A stretch of 64,000 bases of DNA from the human T2T-CHM13v2.0 reference genome, Homo sapiens. Below are positions 54,863-64,000 of the stretch, piece after piece. The DNA lies in assembly GCF_009914755.1 (NCBI RefSeq), contig NC_060929.1; one strand, 5' to 3'. The number at the start of each line of letters is the position of its first letter. Within the stretch, counting starts at the first letter, position 1. The notes under the pieces are model-generated. The model saw only the letters and a list, made by a program, of their open reading frames with translations, was not told the DNA's origin and searched no databases. A program made the position numbers and the translations under genes.

Positions 54863-54974
54863 TATGTATTTATTTTTAGTTTTTGTCAAATTTGTGAAGT
54901 TTTCAGACATTATTTCTGTAAGCACTCTTTCAGCCCTTTCACTTTCTCCTCTCCCTCTGAGATTCTTATGATTA

Positions 54975-55337
54975 TATATACAGAGAGAGAGAGATGAGAT
55001 TTTTAAAGAATTGGCTAATATCGTTGTGGAGGTTGGGCAAGTCCAAAATCAGCAGGGTAGGTTGGTAGGCTGGAGATCCGGAGAAGAGTTGCAGTTCCAG
55101 TTGAAAGGTGGTCCACTGGAAGAATTCCCTCTTTTCTTCAGGGAGCTCAGTTGTCTGCTATTAAAGCTTTCAACTGATTGGATGAGGCCCACCTGCATTA
55201 TGAAGGATAAGCTGTTTTACTTAGTCTACTGATTTGAATGTTAATCTTATCTTTAAGAAATGCATGTAAAATAATTTTTGACCAAATATCTGAATACCAT
55301 GGTCTAGCCAATTTGGCTCATAAAACTGACCATCACA
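54975..55337 (-). mobile_element. MLT2C/D-type ERVL LTR (partial)
   Basis: 'aagaattggcta...ttcaactgattggatgaggcccacc...cataaaactgaccatcaca'. Confidence 0.82.
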
Positions 55338-57419
55338 GTTCCACAGGACCCTGAGGAACAGGGACCTTTATTCATTTTTTCAGTGTATTTTATTTTTATT
55401 GTTAAAATTAAGTAATGACTATTATCTGTCTTCGACTCACTCCTTTTCTCTGTTCCCTCCATTCTGCTTTTGGGCTTATCCATTGAATTTTTCATTTCAG
55501 TTATTTTATTTTTAGTTCTAAAATTTCCATGCTTCTTTAGATATTATATTTCTTTGGTGAGACTTTCTGTTTCTTCTCTAAGGACTTCTATTTTTCATTT
55601 GTTTTAAATATGTTTATAATTGCTCACTGAAGCATTTCTATGATGACTGTTCTAAATCTTTGACAGATAATTCTAACATCTATGTCATCTTGGTACTGGC
55701 ATCTATTGTCTTTTTTTCTTTCAGTTTGATATCTTCCTGGTTCTTGGTATGATGAGTGATGTTCTATTGAGACCTGGACATCTTGGGTATTGTGTTGTGA
55801 GACTATGGGCTATGCAAACTTCCTGTTTTAGCTGCCTTCTCTGGAACCACTCTGGAAAGTGAAGTGGGACAGGGAGCAATGCCTCATTACTTCCAGGTGG
55901 GAGCAAAGGTCCAGGTTTCCCATTTAGCCTACTTTGACATGACAGGGAGGTGAGCCTCATTAATGCTGGGCAAACGTGGGTGTTTGCACTCCCAGCTTAG
56001 CATCCCAACCTGATTAGAAGGGGTAGCAATCCCTCATTACTGGTTCCTACTTGGCCTCCAATGATACCACAAGGCATGGAGTGGGCCTTGTTATTGCTGA
56101 GCAGTGGTGAAAGTTCTGACTATGCCTCCTCTGACATCATTCCAGATGGGAAGTAGAAAGTCTCTTACTACTGCTGGGTTGGAAAGAAATCAAGCATCAT
56201 ATTTAGCCTTCTCTAACACTACCCCAGCTAGAGTTTGGGGCACCTCATTATGGCCTGGTAAAGATAGAAGTCTGATTCTCTGCTCAGCCTTTGCTGGAGA
56301 GAATCCCCTCTTCCTGGCTCTTTGTCTAGAGAGAGCAACATCTTGTTGAACTTATTTTGTCTACATCCTCGGGCATTTCCAGGTTGCTGTCTTCTTTAAC
56401 TCCAAGTCTGGGATACATAAGGAAGAAAAGAAAACAAAGGGAATTTATTTCTATGCTGTTCCTTAAATCCTGAGGTCTTGGCCAGAGTACTACCTTCTCT
56501 ACTTTTCAAAGTACTCTTACGGTTATTTTATATCTAACATCTAGGTTTTTAAGTCATACTTAGCAGGAAGAATAGGGAAAAATACCCCTATTTTATATTC
56601 CTTGAAGCAGAAGTTAATAAAAACTCGCTTTAATGAGGGGAATTAAGAGGGCAAACAATATCAAATAATAATTCAATATTGTAACTCCAGTGGAATTATG
56701 GCTTATCACTAAGCTAGAAACTACAAAAGTAGCTCCTATTCAAGTGTTCTTACTAGAATAATATTTTTACTTTGGAAGTCTACTGAACTCCCATCTCAAA
56801 TTTTCTCACTTAAAATATTTTAATTGTTTTATAGTATTTATGTCTTTAGTTTATTATGATATTTGAATGTATTTATTTTAAATTGTGGTATAGGATATGG
56901 AAAATATTTAATTCTGTATTTTTATCATAAATTTCTACTTTCTCTGGAGGAAAGTGAGATATTTGACTTTCCTCCCCATTCCTAGCCAGTTCCCAACTTT
57001 ATCACTGATATCCACAAGTAAAAGAATTTAGGGTCACATTGACTATTCATTTTCAATGAAGTCCTAGATCATACTAAGACCCTCCCTTTGCCTTCTTAAC
57101 ATATTCAAATAATAAGACTGCACATTTTTGGTTTTTAAAACTTCAAGTTTATCTAGGAAATGTTTTCATTTCCAAATTCTAAAATCTTAAAATAATTTTA
57201 ATAGTAAAAAATATAATAAATTTTATTTCAAAAGTTCAGATTCCTATGTTTCTTATGTATAAATTAAAATTATTAAAATTAATTAATTACAAGAACTCTT
57301 TCAATAGTTAACTTTCTATGGTTATAGTTGACACAGCATGCTAGTGGCTGATATGGAATTAGAACTCTCTTATCTCGACCTATACACATCTGATCGATCT
57401 TATGTCTAGCTGTTTCTCT

Positions 57420-57595
57420 CAGGAGCCCTAGAAGGGAAGTGATTTTACCACCATTTTGCATGTAAGGAAATGAGCTCATTGACCAACATCACAAACTTAG
57501 TAACTAATGCGTTAAACTTTCCAAGATAACATAATTAGCAACTGGCAGAACTGTAAGTCACTCATTTTCAGTATTCTGACTCCAAATGCAGTGCT
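57420..57595 (-). mobile_element. MIR
   Basis: 'ccattttgcatgtaaggaaatgagctca...ttctgactccaaatgcagtgct'. Confidence 0.55.
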
Positions 57596-59679
57596 TTTTT
57601 TTTTTCTGCATCAAAGCTCTCTCTCTGTGACTGTGTGACTGATTTCAAGCTCTGCTTCCTCTGAAAGGATACACAAATGCAAGCAATGTCCTGGAGTAAG
57701 TGTCCAAACTGTTTTCTCCTCATTCTGCTTTGAGTACTCCATGCTCTTCTTAATACCTTACAATGACTTACCTTTGCCTCCATTTGAGATGAAGGCAAAG
57801 ATCTTTACAGTCTTCCTCAAATCTCTTTATAAGGAAGCTTCTAATTCTTCTAAAGAGTAGTGGCTCCTCCTTAAATAACTAGAAAACAGGACAAAATAGA
57901 TTATACAATGGTTTTCAGACATTGGACTACTAGCAGTGCCGCACTGTGATTCCTGAGAAAATAAAAACAAATGAGGTGAGCCCTGTGATTTTACCAGCTC
58001 AGTGTCTGGATGCAGCTCTAGGCCATAGTGCAAGGAGAATAAATCCAACAGAGGCAACAGTCTTGCTGAGTTGAGCAGACACAATTCAGAGGCTTTGTCC
58101 TTTTCATGGAGACAGAGGTGGCTAGAACTTTCAGAGAAGAGTGCCAGAGAGGAGGGAACTCCATAAAGAAAAGTCTGAATATTTGTGGAGGTGATGCTTT
58201 AAGTCTTTCACTGATATTAATCTGCATACACAGGAGAAAAAAATACTCAAAGCTGGGGAAAGAACCACTGAAAAACTATAAACAGAAGAATTGCCAATGT
58301 TCACATAAACTGAGTTCACGTGCCCATCAGCCAGAGTAGAAAGGTCCTACAAGGCATGTTTCATTGAGTTTTCACAAAATGATATCACCTTAGTAGTGGG
58401 ATTAAATTAGATTTAAACTATAGGGTGCTCTGGGCATGCCCTAACAAAGCATAAAAGTGTGCCTCAAAAGGATCATACTGATTCCAAATGATACTAAGTG
58501 TGACCAAGGGACGATTTAAAACTATACAAAGGAAAACAGAAAAACTAGCAACCAAAACCAAATTATAAAATTTGTGACATTCAGCATCAAAATAAAATTA
58601 TCAGGTATGCAAAAAATAGAAGAATATGATTCAAAGCCAAAAGGAAAAATCACTTAATAGACACAGACCCAGAAATGACAGACATGATGGAGGTAGCCAA
58701 CAAAGACATTACAACAACTATTGTAAATATGCTCCATATGTTCAACAAGGTAGAGAAAAACATCATTACGATGAAGAGAAAATAAAAGATTTTTTTAAAA
58801 ACCAAAAGGGAACTTATATAAGCAAAAGATGTAATATCTAAAATGGATATCATACAGGGTAAAATTAGATAAAGGAGACGCTGAAGAAAAAAAGTAGTTA
58901 ACTCTGAAGCCAGCAATGGAAGCTACCCAAAATGAAGTAGAGATAGAAACAAGACAAAATAATTAATAATGAATCAGTTATCTGAGCAACAATATTAGTT
59001 TAATAAACATATAATTGAAGCTCCAGAAGGAGAGGAGGAGAAACAGAAAAAAAAGTTGGGGAAGTGAATACCAGAGTTTTACAAATTTGATAAAACTTAT
59101 GAACTCATGGATTCAAGAATTATGCCAAGAAATACCATAATCAAATTTCTGGAAACAAGTGAATGGGAGATACTTTTAAATACAACTAAAGAGGAAAAGA
59201 CACATGAAACATGAAGGAACAAAGGTGAGAATGACAACATATTTCTTGTCAGAAGAAAACGTAACCCAGAAAACAATGGAGCAATGTCCTTAAAATCTTA
59301 TGTCAGAAAACGTCAACCAAAAATCGTATACTCAGCAAAAATATGTTGCAGAAATAAAGGCCTAATAAAAACTCTTAGACAAACCACAGTTAGAGAAGTT
59401 ATTTCTGGCAAATCTACACCTCAAGAACTCTTAAGGAAAGTTTCTCAAAAGTGATAACAGATGGGATTCTGAAATTTGCACAAAGGAATGAAAACATTTA
59501 GAGATGATAAATATGTGGGTGAGTATAAAATATATTTTCTCATTTTAGTCTCTTCAGAAGAAAATTGTTTAAAACAAAAATAAGGATAATGTGTTGTGTG
59601 ATTCATAACATATGCAGAAATAAAATGCATCACAAATACAGCACAATAGAAGAATGTGTTATAAGATTTAGTCAGTATA

Positions 59680-60034
<355 letters not shown>

Positions 60035-61035
60035 TTAAAGATGGGTATTTTAAATCTTAAGGAGTACACAAAAACATAAAGCAATATATTACACCTAAAA
60101 TAGTGGTAGTGGAGACTAAATGTAAGTATTAAAAATATATAAGTAGTTAAAATAATGCAGAAAATAGAAGCCAAAAGAATAAATAAGAGATAGGACAAAT
60201 AGAAAATGAACAGCAAGATGGTGGATTTTGTGAAAATCCCATCAACAATGTTATTAAATGCAAATGATCCAAGAATTCAAATGAAAAGGGAGAGATTTTT
60301 AGATTGGATTTAAAAAATAATGCCATTATATCTAAAGACACAGATGCACTAAAATTAAAAAGATAGAGAAAAATATATTATGAAAACCCTAATCACAAGA
60401 AAGCTGGAAATGTTATATTAATATCAAAGTAAATTTAAGAACAAGGAATATTATCAAGATAAAGAAAGATATTTCATAGTAAATAATAGATTAATATATC
60501 AGTAAAACATACTAACCCTAAATATTAATAGATTTTATAGCAGAACTTCAAAACATAAAGCAAAACTTCAAACTAAAGGAAAAATAGAAAAAGTTATGTT
60601 TGCAAACTTCAACATTCCTCTCAATAATTAATAGAATAAGTGGGGAAATCAGTGAGCATATATATGACTTTTACTTAACCTAGTTGACAGTGATAAAACA
60701 AAAAAAGAATATCCATTATTTTAATGTACACAGAAAGCATTCACAAAATTAGACCATATTCAGAATCATAAAACAAATTTCATCAAATTTAAAAGGATTG
60801 TAGTCATACTAAGTATGTTTTCTGTCCATTATTAAATTAAATTAGAAATCAATAACAAGTGGATAACTAGACAATGTTAAAATATTTGAAAATTGAAACA
60901 TACAACTTTGAATAACCCATGAATTAAAGAAGCAGTATAACAGTTGATTAGAAAATATTTCAAACTGAAGGAAAATGAAAACATAACATCAATATTTGTA
61001 AGGTGTAGCTAATGTAATGCTTTGAGGGAAGTATA

Positions 61036-61397
61036 CAGACAGTCCAGACTTACAGTGGTCCAACTTATGACTTTTCATCTTTGCAATGGTGTGAAAACAA
61101 TACACATTCAGTAGAAACTATACTTTGAGTGTCCATATACCATTTTGCTTTCCATTTTCAGTACAGTATTTAATAAATTACATGAGATATTCAATACCTT
61201 ATTATAAAATAGGCTGTGTGTTAGATGATTTTGCCGAAGTGTAGGCTAGTGAGTGTTTTGAGTGTGTTTAAGGTAGACTAGGCTAAGCTATGATGTTTAG
61301 TAGCTTAGGTGTATTAAATGCATTTTCAACTGACAATATTTTTAACTTATAATGAGTTTCTTGGGATGTAACCCCATTGTAAGTGGAGAAGCATCCA
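61036..61397 (-). mobile_element. MER47A (TcMar-Tigger MITE)
   Basis: 'cagacagtccagacttac...aggctaagctatgatgtt...aggtgtattaaatgcattttc...aaccccattgtaagtggagaagcatc'; TA at the left end. Confidence 0.88.
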
Positions 61398-63560
61398 CAT
61401 AGAGTTGAATGTTCATATAAGAAAACAAAGAAGGGCTCAAAGCAATGTTCTTAGATCCCACTTTAAAGAGACTAGACAAAAGTAATTAAAGGAAATGAAA
61501 GGAAATAATGAAAGGAGATATGAGCAGAAATCAATAATAAAGAAAATAAAATATAGCAAAGAAAATCCATGAAATCTAAAGCTGGTTATGAAGAACATCC
61601 ACAAAATTTACAAAATTCTACCAAGATTGATCAAAAAAGCAGGGGAAAGAGGCCAAATTACCAAAGTCAGGAATAAAAGAGGGACATTACCACACATTCT
61701 ACAAACCACATTCTATTGATCTATGAGACCAATAAGGAGCTATTGCCAGCAACTCTATAAACCAATGAATATGACAGTTTTTAACAATATGGACACATTA
61801 TTTAAAAGACACAAACTACTAAATCTTACTTTAAAAGAAATATTGTGAGTATCCTAAGCATAGTAAAAAACCTTCCCAGAAACAAGAGCTCCAGGAACAG
61901 ATGGCTTCATTGTTGAATCCTAGCAAACATTTAGCGAACAAGCCAGAGCAATTTTGTTAAACTTTCCTGGAAACTAGAAGAGAAACATACTTTCTAACTC
62001 ATGAAGTTGTGAGTAAGGCACTCACAATTCATGGACAGACAAGGAATCACAAAAAAGAAAACAACCAGAGAGTATCTATATGAGCACAAGTGCAAAAATG
62101 TTAATAAAATGTTAAAAAGATTTATTCCAGCAATATTTTATTGAAATATAAACCATGATCAAGTGAGCTTTATGACAAAAAGGCAAGATTTGTTTAATAT
62201 TTTAAAATTATCTCAATAGATGCAGAAAAATTATTTGGAAAATTTAATATTCATAACTAAATAAATGATAAAAAGGATTAAAACTTTTGTCAATAAATAA
62301 TAAAAGGGATCTTCTTTATTACAAAGTCAACAGCTAACATCATATAGATTATGAAAGACTGTACACTTTCCTTGTGAAAACTGGGAAAAAGGCGATTTTC
62401 ACTCCTACTCTTCAATACCATAATGGAGATTCTGTTCAGCAAAATGAGGCAAGAAAAAGTCATACAGATCTGAAAACTGAATTAAGACTTTTTATCCACA
62501 GACAACATGATCATTTATGTGGAAAATGTTATAAAATCCAAAAATGAGCTGATAAATAAGTTTAGGAAATTCATAGACTCTAAAAGATCAATATACAAAA
62601 ACTAACTGTATTTCTATACAATAGAAAAAAATTGGAAATTAAAATATTTTAAAATGTTACTTATAAAAAATTAAAACTATGAAATATTTAGGTAAAAGCT
62701 TAATGAAACTTTTGCAAGACTGTGCACTGAAAAAGACAAAATATTTCTGAGAGAAATAAGACCAAAATAAATGGATAGTATACTATGTTCCTGGCTCAGA
62801 AGACTCAACATCACTAAGATTTCAATTCTCCCCAAATTAAAATGTATTTTCAACACAAACCAGCCAAAAATCTTCACAGGCTTTTTTTTTTTTTTGACAT
62901 TAAATCAATTATTTTGTAGACAGTGAAAAGCTTCTCTGTATAGAAATTCAAAGAACCTCGAATTTCCAAAAATAATTTTGAGAAACAAGAACAAAGTTGG
63001 AGAAGTTACACAACCTGATTTTGTCTTATTATGAAAATACAGTAATGAAGCAGTGGATTCTTGGTGCCTGAGAGACATAGATCAATGGAACAGAATGGAG
63101 ACTTCAGAAATGGGCCCATGTAAATATTAAATTGATTCATGACAAAGTTGCCAAGGCAATTCAATAAGGAAAGGACAATCTTTTCCCCAGCCATACTGGA
63201 AAGACCAGCTATTCATATGCAAATAAAAGAAAAACAAATCTCAAAACTTAACACATACCACATTCGAAAATTGATTTCAAATGGAGCATAGACCTATATG
63301 TCAGAGCCAAAACTATTGAAATTCTATAAGAAAATTTATGAGAAAATTTGGAGACATAGAAAATATTCACCAATTTTAAGGGTAGGTAAAGATTTTTAAA
63401 TAGGACAGAAAAAGCACAAACTAAAGAAAATTTAATTGGACTTTGTTAAAATTTAAAACATTTGCTTTTCATAAACACTGTAAAGAAAATGATGTCAAGT
63501 CACAGTCTGGGGTAAAATATTGGCAAAATGTATATCTGGACTTCTAATCCAAATACACAC

Positions 63561-64000
63561 GGTGGAGAAAAGGGAATGCACATACACTGTTGGTGGGAAT
63601 GTAAATTAGTACAACTTCTATGGGAAACCGTATAGAGATTTCTCAAAGAACTAAAAATAGAACTACCATTCAATGCAGCAATCCCACTACTGGGTGCCTA
63701 GTCAGAAGAATAGAAATCATTTATCAAAAAAATACCTACAACCCTATGTTTTTTGAGGCACTATTTACAATACCAAAGACGTGGAATCAACCTAAGTGCC
63801 CATCCCAACTGAATGGATAAAGAAAATGTGGTATGTAGACACAATGGAATACTATTCAGCCATGAACAATAATGAAATGTCTTTTGCAGCAACATGGGTG
63901 GAACTGAAGGCCATTATCTTAAGTGAAATAACTCAGAAACAAAAGTCAAATACTGCATATTGTCATTTATCAGTGGAAGCTAAATAAGGTGTACATATGG
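63561..64000 (+). mobile_element. L1MA/L1PB-type ORF2 end and 3'UTR start (runs off the window)
   Basis: 'ggagaaaagggaatgcacatacactgttggtgggaatgtaaattagtac'; WIKKMWYVDTMEYYSAM...IILSEITQKQK. Confidence 0.85.

Larger units (their letters stand above)
54391..56620 (-). mobile_element. Old L1M ORF1/5'UTR region with nested inserts
   Basis: 'ttctttcatctgaaaatgtcttgatttctccttcattcc', 'ttttgtcaaatttgtgaagttttcagacattatttc', 'tttataattgctcactgaagcattt'. Confidence 0.7.

Overview
Gene-poor, repeat-dense great-ape (most likely human) genomic DNA, as shown by AluY, L1PA2 and L1PA3 insertions. I see no intact cellular protein-coding gene, rRNA, tRNA or CRISPR array; almost every ORF in the track comes from LINE-1, Alu or simple repeats. 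Main contents: a near full-length but dead L1PA3-like element (21.5-27.4 kb) with an internal deletion spanning the ORF1/ORF2 junction, several 5'-inverted (twin-primed) L1s, many older L1/L2/MIR/MaLR/ERVL/hAT/Tigger fragments, eight Alus, and two complex minisatellites born inside L1s. A GC-rich ~3 kb island (9.6-12.5 kb) looks like a decayed retrocopy of an unidentified mRNA split by a solo ERV1 LTR. The sequence does not support a new biological system. The best leads are the retrocopy/LTR chimera, an RFC1-like AAAAG>AAGGG>AGGGG Alu tail, an unassigned long palindrome at 48.7 kb, and a CpG cluster at 51.1 kb flanked by divergent consensus 5' splice sites. Repeat subfamily names are from recalled consensus motifs and need RepeatMasker/Dfam confirmation.
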